The notes under the pieces: generated by a model
Database searches by the model: none
Told to the model about the DNA's origin: nothing
The model's input: only the letters and a program-made list of their open reading frames with translations
DNA from: an uncultured Methanosarcinaceae archaeon
Lineage (GTDB): Archaea > Halobacteriota > Methanosarcinia > Methanosarcinales > Methanosarcinaceae
Direction of reading: 5' to 3'
Assembly (NCBI GenBank): GCA_963833425.1
Contig: CAWHXP010000012.1
Coordinates: forward strand, 50,400-114,399
Length of the DNA: 64,000 bases
Shown here: positions 45,140 to 57,293 of the stretch, piece by piece
How the letters are laid out: every line of letters starts with the position of its first letter
Position numbering within the stretch: position 1 is the first letter of the stretch
Translations under genes and position numbers: made by a program

Positions 45140-45354
45140 ATCTATCCATCATTTCAAAATTACCCCAATTAAATGATTTGGGAAGGTTAAATAATTAGAT
45201 TAATTATTGTCAAGTTATGGAATAATTTATACTATTAAATTTACTCAACTTAAAAAATCAATAACATTAAACCTTCAACCGTCTAAAGCGAAACTTAAAT
45301 CACAAAGTCTATGATTTTGATTTTGTATCTACGGTGCATAAGTTTTATATTTTA

Positions 45355-46180
45355 TCAAGATTGTAGAACAAACCCATCTTCTTTCAATATTTTCTGCCCT
45401 TCTACTCCGGTTACGAAATCAAGGAACTTCTGGGCTTTTTCTTTGTGGGGAGAAGAAGAAACTACAGTTATTGGATAATTGATTGGGGTGCTGATAGGTA
45501 CACTGGCTATGATTTTTATAATTCCGGGTCGTGCAGTTTTTACATCGGTTATATATACTAAACCTGCATCAGCATCTACTCTTTCCACATATACAAGTAC
45601 TTTTTGACATCTTCAGCAAGTACTGCTTTACTTTTCAGTTGACCCCACAAACCAGCTTCATTAAGTGCAAGAAGCGAATATTCGCCTATTGGACAGTATC
45701 AGGGTTTCCAATACTTATTTTCTGAATTTTAGGATTAGCCAGATCTTTTATGTTGGCTGCGGTAAGGGTACTGTTTTCAGGGACAATAAGCACAAGTGAA
45801 TTGTGAACAAAGTCTTTTCGTGAACTGTTTACAATAAGTGATTTGTTGTTAAGTATATTCATTTGATTCTCGTCAGCTGATGCAAAAACATCGACAAGCG
45901 CTCAGCCTTCTATTTGCATACGTAGGTTACCTGACCCTCCAAAGTTGAGGGTTACATTCGTTCCAGGATTCTCTTTCTCAAACTGGGAAGCAATTTTCGT
46001 GAAAGCTTCAGTAAGGCTGGCAGCCCCGGAAACTGTTCTAACTTCAGGTATTACTGTAGCTGAAGTTGCTGTTGTAACTGGAGTTCCGGTTGCATTTGGA
46101 GATCTACCTTTATTGTCAACGCATCCTACTGCAAAGAATACACTTAACAATACTAGCAGAATAAGTAATTCTTTTCTCAT
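45355..46180 (-). pseudogene. modA: Molybdate ABC transporter substrate-binding lipoprotein
   Basis: AVGC lipobox, AASLTEAF, FGGSGNLRMQIEG, IGNPDTV, DADAGLVYITD; several frameshifts; no modBC after it. Confidence 0.88.
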
Positions 46181-47410
46181 AATTTCCCTCTAAACAATTT
46201 AGGTTGTAAAATTATATTCAGCGTTATTATTTTATTTATTTTTCATAGTTTACAACAACTAGGTGCCGTCACCCTTTAATGGATCTGTTGGGATCAGTTC
46301 TGTGTCCGTAACGACCGAAGCTAGGAGAATTGAGGATCCATATTTATTTGTAATAATATCCCCTGAATACCCAAAATACCTATCCGGCAGCGTACTACCA
46401 GGCACATGTGAAAAAAGAGAGGGCGCATATCCAACAGCGAATTATTTGTATCTATCCAGTAAACGAAATTTGCAGACTGAGGTACAGTTTTGTATCCATC
46501 CTGTTGCAAGACTTCTATCATCTCAATGTCTATCCAATTGACCAGTTAGTGATCCGGACCTTATTGTATTCAAGTGATTGCTGATTAGCTTTTCTAAAAT
46601 AAGAGTCAATAAAGTTCTAGTCAAATCCAGAGTAAAAAAATACAGCAGATTTTTGCTTCAACACGGTAAAAACTTTATTGGGATATTGGAGTCTGACATG
46701 AGCGTGAAATAATCATTTATGTATTAATTTTTCAATATTGGATTATATCACGAGTCACTGATTTAATCTGAAAAAGAAGAATATTTTCAATTGTTAGAAA
46801 ACATATATGATTTTATGCAGTCGTTTATCCAATTTTCACATTATTTTGCTATTTTTTTCTTAAGTTGTCTGCTTATTTAAACGTTGTTTTCGAAAAATAT
46901 CTTTATCTTCTAGATATTTTGCTTTTAGTGAAATATTATAACTTACATTTTCGGAAGTTTTAGCTGCGATGAAGAGTTTCGACTCTTGAGCAAACATCCA
47001 AAAAAGATAGCATGAAAATTATTATCTCCCTGCGAACATCTGTAAATATCGGTATCAATTTTTCTCTTTCTCATGATTAGCTTTATCCACTTTTTAGTTT
47101 TTATAAACTAATTTTCTCTGGATTTTTTGATTTAAAATCATAATCTGTAGGGTTTATCATACCTTGTCGATAAGTTTCTTACTGTGTATTTACATTTTAT
47201 TGATCATGTAATCAGTAGGAACTTGTATATTCCTGTAAGATATAGACTAATCTAGTTATCGAAAAATATACATAAACAAAACATATAGATAAATTTGAAA
47301 CAGTATGGTCGTGCCTTATTTGCTAGCTGATGCGATTGAATGCTCTTAATATTCTATGATTTAACACACATAGTTTTATAGGAAAATGACGAACTGACTA
47401 ATTTTCTATA

Positions 47411-47944
47411 ATGAGTATTATGGAAAAATACAGAAAATTCATTGAGATGGCTGTCAAGCTGAGCGCTAACGATGCCAAGATCATAAAAACGGATAGTATC
47501 GTAACAGCAGCGTGGATAGGCTGAAAGTGCAGATATGGATGTGAGGGGTATGGAAGCAGTCTTTGCTGCCCACCGAACTCATCCACATATTGCGAGACCA
47601 GAGAGTTGGTAGATTGCTATAAATATGCGCTCCTAGTGCATTTTACAGAAAATGTCGACAAAGCGACAGAAGACTTGATAGATCCTGCGAGTGTCATCAC
47701 CGTGCTTGAGCGAGACATCTTCCTTGCCGGGTACTATAAGGCTTTTGTGCTAGGGGCCGGTCCCTGCAGGCTTTGCACTGAATGCACATTGAAATATTGC
47801 AGACATGCTGATATTGCCAGGCCATCAATGGAAAGTTGCGGCATAGACGTCTTCTGCACTGTAAGAAATAACAGCTACAGTATTGAAGTATTGAAAGGCA
47901 GGTCCCACAAGATGAATCGCTTCTGTCTCGTGCTTATCGAATAA
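47411..47944 (+). pseudogene. DUF2284-like Cys-rich metal-binding protein with in-frame TGA
   Basis: W..*KCRYGC, CCPP, AGPCRLC, RPSMESCGIDV; TGA at 47522. Confidence 0.8.
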
Positions 47945-48105
47945 CAGGGTTATATCATCCAATTTTTCCACTTTAGGCTTTTTCATCAGAATAAGATATT
48001 TTAGCTCTGTAGAAACCAGTTGAAATTTCCTTATGAGGAATAAAGCACACATAAGGCTACAAATAGGGTTGATCGTAGCAACGCGATTATCTTTTAGTTT
48101 AATGC

Positions 48106-48609
48106 TCATGATGTCTTTGAGCCTGAGGATTTTAACAAAGCATTTAATAATAAATCAGCAGATTCCCCTTTTACAATAAGTACTGCTTTTCTCGAGTGTC
48201 TGATCACATTTTCGGCTACACTTCCAATAAGGAATCTCTGGAGTTCAGTTTTTTCGTGCGTGCCCATAACTATAAGGTCGATGTCGATTTTTTCTGCAAA
48301 ACTGATAATCTCATCTGCAGGATTCCCTTCAAGAATTACAGATTCTACCTCAATATTTGCAGCTTTTCCAATGTTCTCGACATAAGCTATTGCTGCCTCA
48401 CCCTTTATTGTAAGTTGCTTTTTCATTGTTTTTTTCCATTCTTCATCTAATGAATGAATTATCGAATGACTCCCTAGTGTGATCACGTGTACAGCATATA
48501 GTTTTGCCTCGCTTAATTTTGCAATTTCAACTGCTGACTTAACTGCCTGTTTTACCAATTCCGAACCGTCGGTTGAAACCATTATCTTCTTGAAAATAGC
48601 ACTTTTCAT
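48106..48609 (-). CDS. uspA: Universal stress protein
   Basis: KKIMVSTDGS, DLIVMGT, IGSVAENVIR. Confidence 0.9.
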   Translation of the reverse strand: MKSAIFKKIMVSTDGSELVKQAVKSAVEIAKLSEAKLYAVHVITLGSHSIIHSLDEEWKKTMKKQLTIKGEAAIAYVENIGKAANIEVESVILEGNPADEIISFAEKIDIDLIVMGTHEKTELQRFLIGSVAENVIRHSRKAVLIVKGESADLLLNALLKSSGSKTS

Positions 48610-48954
48610 TTATGATTTCCCTTTTATTTTTTTGTTCTTCAATCAATATAGTACGATACTCGCTTATTATAGTTTCATCAAGGTAGATGAACAAAAATAA
48701 AGTCAGTTGCTCCCTTATCTAATAGGGATAGAACTTATGCGCTTGAAGATCAAAATAAAGCATTAGAGAATATGTCAAATGAATCATATCTTAAATATCT
48801 TTTAGACAATTGAAGGTTTAATACTATTCATTTAGATGCAAGTTTTAGTGAATAAATTTGACTATTCATTTTTTGTATGGGTTGAAAATCCCATATTTTG
48901 AAGATGGGTGAAATTACCCCTCAAAATAGCTAAGAAATTTTTTAATGAAAATGG

Positions 48955-49137
48955 TCAAAAAAACTTCTTTCTGGTGGATAACTTCATTATTTTGTGAGAT
49001 ATGGGCCTGAAGAGGAAGGGATCAATGAGATCATGATGTTTCTTGGAGAAAAAGTTATCAAACTCTTATCACAAAAGAAGCTAAGGTCGATTCCATTTCA
49101 TTTGAAGCTTCAAGATATGATACTCATGTTGATTATA
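48955..49137 (+). mobile_element. Transposase fragment of an unclassified IS, cut by the IS5 end
   Basis: LHYFVRYGPEEEGINEIMMFLGEK...EAKVDS..EASRYD resembles methanogen IS transposases as I recall them; family not certain. Confidence 0.45.
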
Positions 49138-49331
49138 GAGGATTTCGATAAATTTCGGATTTTATTTCTTAGCAGGGATTTCTCATATCTCCCCCTCAAT
49201 TTCTCTATTTAACTCCTCTTTTTGGCTTTACTTATTCTCAATTCTTTGATTTTAAAGATAGCTTCAGCTATCTTCAATATACTTTTTTTATTTTCAATGT
49301 CCTCAATTGATGGAGATTATAACAAAAAGCC
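49138..49331 (-). mobile_element. IS5 right-end fragment (third copy)
   Basis: Reverse complement nearly identical to about 19850-20042 including the IR. Confidence 0.92.
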
Positions 49332-49960
49332 TGGATTGTGAACCTTTGCTTATTTCAATTTCTAACTTTAGGTTCTTATATAATCTGAAGCTTGAAATCG
49401 AAAAAGCAAAAAGCGTCCTTGAAAGCCAGAACCCGTGGAAAACCCTCACGAATTTTACATTTTATCCAAACTACCTGCAGCTTGCCAGGACTGAATATAT
49501 AGGTTCCAAACTAAAATCAGAAGACTGTGTTGTGTTTCTTGGCAGCGGGCCTCTTCCACTGAGTCTGATAATGCTCTGTCACGAGCACTATGTTCGAGGA
49601 ATTGGAATGGAGCAGGATGGGAAAAGAGCAAATCTCTCAAGGGAAGTAATTTCTCGACTCAAGCTTTCGGAAAAAATTGGGATAATTGAAGGGAATCACT
49701 TCTGTATTCCTACCGAAGCTAGATGTAAATTTTATATGGTCGCTGCCCAGGCAGAACCCAAAGAAGAGGTATTCGGGCATCTAGCAAAAGTTCTGCCCAA
49801 AAGGAGTAAAGTCTCCTATCGTCTCTATGAAAACAGCCTAGAAAAATACCGGATGTTGGCATTCTGTTCGAAATTCCTGCAGGATTTGAAGAATACCTTA
49901 GAGTTCAACCAAAACCTCCAGTTAATAATACGATTGTTTTTCTAGAAAAAATTAGTAATC
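49332..49960 (+). pseudogene. Nicotianamine synthase-like protein, 5'-truncated and frameshifted
   Basis: FYPNYLQLARTEY, VFLGSGPLPLS, VAAQAEPKEEV, and QPKPPVNNTIVF in another frame. Confidence 0.82.
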
Positions 49961-50119
49961 CATCAGACTCTATTAACCTTTTAGTTAAGCTGGGAATTTA
50001 TTTTTCTCCCTCTGCAATAATAACTCAGATCCAGTAGGCGAGGTCTCGAGTAACAACCTGTTGTAGTATCTCGATTTTCGGTAATTTTGGATACTCACCA
50101 GTCAATTACAACCTTAAAT

Positions 50120-50953
50120 CTAATGCTCATGCGCGTGCTCCTCATCGTGAGCTGGGTGCAGATGATCATGCACAAGTCTATCGTGAATATGCATGTGCTT
50201 ATGGATCAAATTTGCGGAAAGAAGAAGTTCCCGGTTATCAAGTATCTTTTCTGCTCTATCGTCCACCACAATCCTATGGTCTTCGCCCATGACTATGACT
50301 CTTTTGCTAATCTGCTCGACTGTTTCAAGGTCATGAGTTGCAGTAATTATTGTCTTTCCCGCAGTCCCAAGATCTTGTAATAGCTCTATAAGCCATAGCT
50401 GGGTTCTCGGGTCCAATCCTGCAGTAGGTTCATCCAACAAAAGGACATCGGGGTTATTAGCCAGAACGGAAGCTATACAGACTTTTTTCTTCTCCCCCCC
50501 GCTTAGAGTGTGAGGAGATCGATCTTTAAGCTTAGTGATTTCTATCATCTCCATTACTTCCAACACTCTGGTTCTGACATCCTCAGGATTCATGTCGAGC
50601 TGAAGGGGTCCAAATGCAATCTCATCAAAGACTGTGGGCGAGAAGAGCTGCACATCAGAGTTCTGAAAGACAAATCCTATTTTTTTCCGGAAATAGGACC
50701 TGAATTTATTATCTTTAATAGTATCGAAAACCTCTTCTACTATCTTATTGTCAAAGGCATAGAATTCTCCCAAAGTAGGATATATAAGCCCATCTAGCAT
50801 AGCCAAGAAAGTAGATTTGCCACAACCATTTGCGCCAATTATAGAAATCTGCTCACCGGGCTCCACTTTGAAGTCAATATCATTTAAGGCATTTATCTTT
50901 CCTACATATGAATATGAAACATTCCTTAAGTCAAAGATCGTTCCCATATTCAT
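50120..50953 (-). CDS. nikO: ECF Ni/Co transporter ATPase with His-rich tail
   Basis: GANGCGKS, LSGGEKKK, LLLDEPT; HKHMHIH...HAHEH. Confidence 0.88.
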   Translation of the reverse strand: MNMGTIFDLRNVSYSYVGKINALNDIDFKVEPGEQISIIGANGCGKSTFLAMLDGLIYPTLGEFYAFDNKIVEEVFDTIKDNKFRSYFRKKIGFVFQNSDVQLFSPTVFDEIAFGPLQLDMNPEDVRTRVLEVMEMIEITKLKDRSPHTLSGGEKKKVCIASVLANNPDVLLLDEPTAGLDPRTQLWLIELLQDLGTAGKTIITATHDLETVEQISKRVIVMGEDHRIVVDDRAEKILDNRELLLSANLIHKHMHIHDRLVHDHLHPAHDEEHAHEH

Positions 50954-50954
50954 A

Positions 50955-51890
50955 TCACCATATGATGTTCTGGGAAATCAACACCAAGGCTATGCTCAGA
51001 GAGATTACCATTGCCCCTGAAATGTAATCTCGATTACGTATTTTGAACTCCTGCATTGTCTTAACATCCCCATTGTATCCCTTGGACTTCATGGCTTTAT
51101 AGACCTCTTCACTCATTCCCAGAGATCTGATCAACACGTATCCTATTCGTCCCCCTACCCACTTCTGCTCCTCAAACATGCTTCTAGACTTTATGGTCCT
51201 AGCTCTCTTTGCAATGTGCAGATCGCGAATCAGATTCGTCAGCACGAAGATATACCTGTAGGTCATACCCAGAGTGAAAACATAGATTTTTGGAACGCCA
51301 ATACTGCGAAAGGACTTAAAGAGTATTTGCTGAGGTGTTGTAAGAAAAAGTAGAACTGTGGCAGAAACACATGTTGCAACACGCATTGTAAATATCACAG
51401 CGGCATTGACGCCCTGTCTGGTGATATAGATACTCTCCGGCAGTGAAAATGGCCCCAAGTGAGAGTCAGGGCCAAGGTATGCTAACCTAATTAGAGAATC
51501 GCCTGGTAAGAAGATATTGAAGATCATGGGTATAGCGATGATGCCTGAAAAGATGGGGATGAAAAGCCAGACCCGCTTGATGAAAAACAGGGCATCTATT
51601 TTACTGAGATACGAAAACAACAGCGTAAGCATATAAACAAAGATCAGTAATTTCAGATCTCTGATCAAACTCGTTGCGAATATCAAAATCAGGATAGAAA
51701 CTAGCTTAATCCTGGAATCCAAGCTTTGAAGCAGGCCTTTTCGCCTTGAATATACTTCTGAAAAAAAAGTGGTCTCCATGAACTCGACGACTTCCTCAAT
51801 TGTTCTACCTATGAAGCTTTTCTTACCACGATATACAGCGGAGAACTCGCAAGGTTCTACATTTATTTCGTTCATCCAGTCCGGGATCAT
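50955..51890 (-). CDS. nikQ: ECF Ni/Co transporter T component
   Basis: LQSLDSRIKL, MTYRYIF, AMKSKGY; start MIPDW behind GGAGG. Confidence 0.88.
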   Translation of the reverse strand: MIPDWMNEINVEPCEFSAVYRGKKSFIGRTIEEVVEFMETTFFSEVYSRRKGLLQSLDSRIKLVSILILIFATSLIRDLKLLIFVYMLTLLFSYLSKIDALFFIKRVWLFIPIFSGIIAIPMIFNIFLPGDSLIRLAYLGPDSHLGPFSLPESIYITRQGVNAAVIFTMRVATCVSATVLLFLTTPQQILFKSFRSIGVPKIYVFTLGMTYRYIFVLTNLIRDLHIAKRARTIKSRSMFEEQKWVGGRIGYVLIRSLGMSEEVYKAMKSKGYNGDVKTMQEFKIRNRDYISGAMVISLSIALVLISQNIIW

Positions 51891-51949
51891 TTTCCCTCCA
51901 GTTAAAATAAAATGAGCTATTAATTTGTTAGTCTTTAACACCCCTCTTA

Positions 51950-52298
51950 TTCATGAAGTACAAGGTGTCCACACATACATGGTATGCCTACTACAACTTT
52001 TATAATATCCGATAATTGTATAGAGAACAGGAAAGCTGTAGTCTGAGAATCGTGCATTTCAGAGATCTGAAAGCTTTTTCAGTCTCTATGACATAAAACC
52101 GATTTAATTTTTAAGCTCCGCTGAGATATATTTTTTATTTACAGTGTCTGATGAAGCTGTAAACACTAGAGCAAGTAACTAAATCCTTTCCGACCAAAGA
52201 GTCAACATTTTTCTTCCGGCATAAATCCGAATCGAGATCATGATTATCCAGAATGCGATATATGTATGCGACCCTAAATATCCATCTGGAATGCGCAT
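51950..52298 (-). pseudogene. Decayed nikM 5' stub and nikN remnant
   Basis: MRIPDGYLGSHTYIAFWIIMI at 52298 then a deletion; further on ELKN*IGF..LKKLSDL*NA..SDYSFP parallels intact NikN. Confidence 0.75.
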
Positions 52299-52920
52299 TT
52301 TCTCTCTTCTCCTAACTCATTTTCCATGGTTCTAAACTGAAATCGTTATTTAGGCTAAATAATCCTTCATGATATTGAAAATTCTCTTTATGCAAAGAAT
52401 AATAACACTCTTAAAACTGGCTTTTTTAGAGTATTTTCCGGAGACTGTGAAGCTTTATAAATATATTATATGCTATTTTTAATGATTATTTCTAAAGAAT
52501 ATAGGACTTGCGCACTTGATAAACAAAATAAAATGCAGTCAGGATTGTGGTTTTACGTAGATTTTAGACAATTAAATATTCATTCTATTGGTTTTTCAGT
52601 CCAACTGAGTAAGTCCTAGAATACTTTAATAATACCGATTGTTAAATATTACATATGTATCATTTTATATTACTTTGTTGGACAAATTACAATTTTATTC
52701 TTAAGTCAAGCTTTATTCCCATCTTACATAGGTATGGGAAATCCTTTGTATTTGAAGTCAAAATGTGAATTATAATGATAAGTTGGGCCAGGAAAAAAAC
52801 AAGAAACTTTTACAGATCTCGGAATAAAGTAATTCTCATAGAGATCGGGTACCAATAAAAGATTGAAAAAAGTAGCCGAAAATACAGATCAGGGTCAATT
52901 GAAATTGATGTAATAATCAG
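52231..52920. repeat. About 690-bp duplication, copy 1 (nikM start and upstream region)
   Basis: Long near-identical stretches with 58285-58969. Confidence 0.92.
52504..52616. mobile_element. MITE family C (113 bp)
   Basis: TA-GGACTTGCGCA ... TGAGTAAGTCC-TA; paralogous copy at 58558-58670. Confidence 0.65.
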
Positions 52921-53295
52921 GCTCCTTGATTCTTGATATTATCACATGAGTTCTCCACACAAACATTGTGATTCATGCATGTTAAAGCAGAATTATCTCA
53001 AAATACAGGCAGTATAGCGAATTTAATGTAAATTCGGAATTAGACTTTTGTTTACTGCACGTAATTAAGTTCTTCGGATACGGAACCTTCGGGTATCTGC
53101 TTCACAAATTGGTATACGATATCATTTTTTTATTTGTTGCAAATATTTTGTATCCTTTCTTCTGATCCAACTTGCTGCAATGTTGAAAGTTGGACCCTCT
53201 ACTTAAACTTATATTCGAATACATTAAATATAATTTCATTCTGTTCTGCGTTTTTCGAGTATCAACTAACTGATTTATACCCTTACGCGAAAGAA

Positions 53296-53718
53296 TCACA
53301 TTTTTTTGTTTGATGGTACAGTTGTGAGTTTTGAGAATTTCACCCCTTTTAGAGCCATTATAGCTTCGTCAAATCCTTTTATTTTTTCGCCATCTCCATC
53401 CAGAACAATTACTTCAAAACAGTTGTCATGATCGATGTGGATATGCACAGAGGACTTAATCAGGTGAGAGTATCGATGCTGGATATCTGCAAGGTCGTTT
53501 GAAAGACCTCGTTTATTGTGGTCATAAACAACGGTAACTGTTCCGATACGATGACCTTTGATGCCATCCATCCACTCGTGATAGGAGATATAACTCCTAA
53601 TGGCATCTCTTATGCCTTCTGAACGGGAAGAATAACCTCTTTTTTTGATAATCTCATCAAATTTACACAAAAGGGAGTCAGGAAGGGAAACCCCTATCCT
53701 CATAAGTTCTGTTTCCAT
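53296..53718 (-). CDS. nikR: Nickel-responsive regulator
   Basis: RIGVSL ribbon, [13 protein letters not shown]...[11 protein letters not shown]i site. Confidence 0.95.
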   Translation of the reverse strand: METELMRIGVSLPDSLLCKFDEIIKKRGYSSRSEGIRDAIRSYISYHEWMDGIKGHRIGTVTVVYDHNKRGLSNDLADIQHRYSHLIKSSVHIHIDHDNCFEVIVLDGDGEKIKGFDEAIMALKGVKFSKLTTVPSNKKM

Positions 53719-53730
53719 CGTATCACCAAG

Positions 53731-53760
53731 AAGTATATATTTACCTATATAATTATACTT
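53731..53760. promoter_or_regulatory. Candidate NikR operator
   Basis: AAGTATA-N16-TATACTT, 13-42 nt upstream of nikR. Confidence 0.4.
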
Positions 53761-54207
53761 TCTTATATTATAAGTATTACTAGATATGCTTTACCCACTC
53801 AATAATTACATAAACAGAGTTGATTATGATCTCACCGTAGAAATAGCAATTTATAAACTCAGAAAAATGCTGTAATCTGTTAGAGTTTAGAAAACTTCAA
53901 TATTTAGCGGTTTGATATATTTTAAAACATCTTTAATGCCATCTCTCAGCCTTTTTTGTTCTTCCCTCAGTGCCGTAGGGGGGCAGAACTGCTTAAATGC
54001 ATGAAAAAGCAAGCATTAGTTACACCGGAAACTTAATCTTGAAAACAGCAATCAAAATAATAGAAGACAACCATGCACAATTTTTTGTAGGAAAATTTAT
54101 GTATTTTCGCCATCGAAGCAAAATTCGAGGCGTTTTTACCTCGTTATTGTGAAACATGTATAATTTTTACTAAAACAAGTGTAATAATCAAAGCCAAAAC
54201 GGTGCTA

Positions 54208-54579
54208 TTACAGCTGTAACCCTATGCTCTGAGTGCTCGCATTCAATTTTTCTAAAATATTTCGCTTCATCTCGGTCACTTTTTCTGTGCTCATAATCAG
54301 TCTATAGTGCTCCACTGCCAGAGCCTGTCCTTCCACAGACAATGAAATAAATTCTTGAGCCTCAGGGCTTAGTCCTCTCTGATCCTCTTCCACAGCAAAC
54401 CTAAAGGGTTCTTTTTGCCTGTTATCTGTCATTTTACTAGCTTTGTGATGATCTAACATCATAAAATAATGCTCAAACAGATTTTTACAATCCCATGATA
54501 ATTCTTTATTTATATTTTTGCTTATTTCAAGAGCATATAATCTCTTTTTCATTGCTACGGTTATCATGTTTACCTTCAT
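54208..54579 (-). CDS. Hypothetical protein
   Basis: 123-aa ORF with protein-like composition; no recognised motif. Confidence 0.4.
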   Translation of the reverse strand: MKVNMITVAMKKRLYALEISKNINKELSWDCKNLFEHYFMMLDHHKASKMTDNRQKEPFRFAVEEDQRGLSPEAQEFISLSVEGQALAVEHYRLIMSTEKVTEMKRNILEKLNASTQSIGLQL

Positions 54580-55172
54580 ATATTCAACATATACATTACA
54601 ACATGCACTACTAATTTATTCATCTGACTCAACGGTCAAGAAAGTTTAAAAGAATGACCTTCCCCCTTAAATGTACCTGTTTCATACTGAAGGAGCTTCA
54701 GGCTCCAATCTTATAGGACTCTTCTCTACTTAGTGTGAAGGACTGCCTTAGCTCATTTCTATAGTCTAAGCGACATCCAAGAGCTTTAAGTCTTTTTAAA
54801 ATTGAAAATGTTATCTAGTTTTCTTTTAATGATTTAAGGGACTCAGCCATTATTTTACACCAACCTTCTCTTGCAATTAGAAATTTCTATAGATAATTGA
54901 TTTTCGGTAAGTTTTTCTTTAAGAGACCTTTTTATTATTTTCTTAAATTGCTAAAATTTATTGTTTCCCACATTTTGCGACTACAATCGATCATAAAAAC
55001 CAGAAAATAATTAAAAATTTCCTGCTTGAGATATTTTTTTTTCTGCTCCTTTTAAATTGAGAAACGCTGAAACATAATTATTTATAATTCTTGTTATAAT
55101 AAATATTATTCGTGAGCCTGATCCAATAAAAAGGTATTGAAACACGATTATAAAAATATACAGAGTTTCAAC

Positions 55173-55307
55173 ATGCATTCAATCGAAACAAGATATGGAG
55201 AAATGGATTTTTATATAGATCCAGAAGGAAAGATACACATCCATTTTACAGAAGAAGAAATTCGTGAGCAAGAAAAACTGAAGAAAGGATCAAAAAATAC
55301 CCTTTAA
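55173..55307 (+). CDS. Putative 44-aa small protein
   Basis: MHSIETRYGEMDFYIDPEGKIHIHFTEEEIREQEKLKKGSKNTL*; TTATAAAA upstream. Confidence 0.3.
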   Translation: MHSIETRYGEMDFYIDPEGKIHIHFTEEEIREQEKLKKGSKNTL

Positions 55308-55437
55308 GAAACGAGTATTGGTAATCCACAGATTAGTGAGGCAAAAATCGCGGATCTATTTAACAATTGTTTTTTAAAGTACCTCCAAATGAATTTTATT
55401 TTGAACCAAGTTTTGTAATTTCGTAAGCACCAATATA

Positions 55438-55551
55438 GAACTTACACACTTGAAGTACAAACCAATAATGACAAAGTAACAACTTTATGGAATTCAAATT
55501 TTAACTATAACGTTTAATATACTTGGTTTTGTATCATAAGTGCGTAAGTCT
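55438..55551. mobile_element. MITE family C copy (114 bp)
   Basis: GAACTTACACACTTGA..TACAAACCA / TGGTTTTGTATCATAAGTGCGTAAGTCT; TATA on both flanks. Confidence 0.7.
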
Positions 55552-55940
55552 TATAATATTTGATATGCAACAAAAATTATTAATGAGTAAAATCTTCTAC
55601 TCTACTTACCTACTCCTTTTGCATAAAATTTTACTGTATCCTTAAAGATAGCAATGTCTTTTTCATTTTATACTTTTTTTCTATAATTTCTATAAAGAAT
55701 CGTCTCTAAAGCTTTGGTTTCTTAGATATATTCCAAAATGTACTACTCTTCCATTCTGGTACAGAAAATTTAGTTTATTTTTCATTTTTGCGTGTTTATC
55801 ACGCGTTTTTCACATCTTATTGACCCTGTAATCCATTCTCTCAGTTTCTCCTTCGTTATCTGTATGAGACATAAAAACAGAATAAATCCAGACCATTGTG
55901 ATGTGTGCCTGATTCATATCACAATCTAATGAAAATAATA

Positions 55941-57085
55941 GAGAATTTCGATGACCTCCATGCTCTTGAGCATGGTTGGCTTTAAATTTGTAAATATTTA
56001 TGTATATTCATGAAAACTCTTACTGATTTTGCTCTTAAAGAAGAGTATAAACGTCTTGGATCTGTTGGAGATAAGCTTGCTGAAATTTATTCCTGAATTG
56101 ATTGGAAAACGTTTCGTATTATTCTTGAGTCTATGTATATTAACAAAACCGTTTCAGGAGGGAGACCTGAAACTGATGTCATTGTGATGTTCAAAATGCT
56201 TGTTTTACAACAATGGCATGTGCTCCCTGATTTTGAACTTGAGAAACAGTGTATAGATCGAATTTCTTTTAGGAAATTCCTTTGATTTCCTGTAATACAT
56301 ACCTGACAGTACTACTGTATGTCTATTTAGGGAGAGAATTATCGAGAATTTCAAAGAAAATATAGGGAAAGTTGCAAAGCCAACTTGATGCTCTGGGTTT
56401 ACAGATAAAGCAGGGAATGATTCAGGATGCTACTTTTATCCATTCAGATCCAGGACATGCAAAAGCAGATAAACCTCGAGGAGATGAGGCAAAAACAAGA
56501 ATAAGCAGAGACGGAACATGGACAAAGAAGGGAGGTAAGTTTCACTTTGGATATAAGTTTCATAATATAATAGACAGAGATTATGATCAGATCAGAAGAT
56601 TCAAAACAACAATGCGTCAGTACATGATTCGTATGTAGATTTGACAGAGGAAAATGAAGTGGTTTATAGGGACAGAGGATACTCTGGAGCAAAAACTAAA
56701 GGGTATAGTGCAACAATGAAAAGAGCAGTCAAAGGACATACGCTGGGAATAAAGGATATATTAAGAAATAAGAGAATTAGCTCAAAAAGAGTCAAAGGGG
56801 AAAGAGTTTATTCAGTAACGAAAGAAATTTTCAAAGCAGGAGGAGTTTTTGTTACTACTGTTAAAAGAGTAAATCTAAAAATGTTGTGTACGGCTTTTTG
56901 TTATAATCTTCATCAATTGAGGACATTGAAAATAAAAAAAGTATATTGAAGATAGCGGGAGCTATCTTTAAAATCAAAGAATTGAGAATAAGTAAAGCCA
57001 AAAAGAGGAATTAAATAGAGAAATTGAGGGGAAGATATGAGAAATTCCTGCTAAGAAATAAAATCCGAAGTTTATCGAAATCCTT
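55941..57085 (+). mobile_element. IS5-family element copy 2, transposase pseudogene
   Basis: Near-identical to 18899-20042; frameshifts; no matching target duplication. Confidence 0.92.
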
Positions 57086-57109
57086 CTAATTTGCAGATTG
57101 GAAACTAAA

Positions 57110-57290
57110 TTACGTACACGACACAAAGCCTATCTGATCCTTAAGCTCGTCAGGAGTGTTATCCATCATATGCAGTTCCTTCTGCAAATGTAGACACTAG
57201 AGCAAGTATGAAGCCCGTTTATACTATATAGCCTCATTTTTTTTCTGAAAAATTTAAATCTAGATCATGATGATCCAAAATGCGATCGAT
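57110..57290 (-). pseudogene. Additional nikM/nikN relic
   Basis: IAFWIIMI* followed by LALVSTFAEGTAY..PDELKDQIGFV. Confidence 0.55.
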
Positions 57291-57293
57291 TTT

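Noticed and set aside
46260..47220. Possible degraded genes on the minus strand
   Set aside because: Fragments too eroded to assign by eye.
47522..47524. In-frame TGA in a Cys-rich gene as selenocysteine
   Set aside because: It sits before the KC motif at a probable Trp position (TGG to TGA), and Methanosarcina is not known to use Sec.
49307..49331. ORF-track start of the NAS gene
   Set aside because: It lies inside the IS5 fragment and is not a native start.
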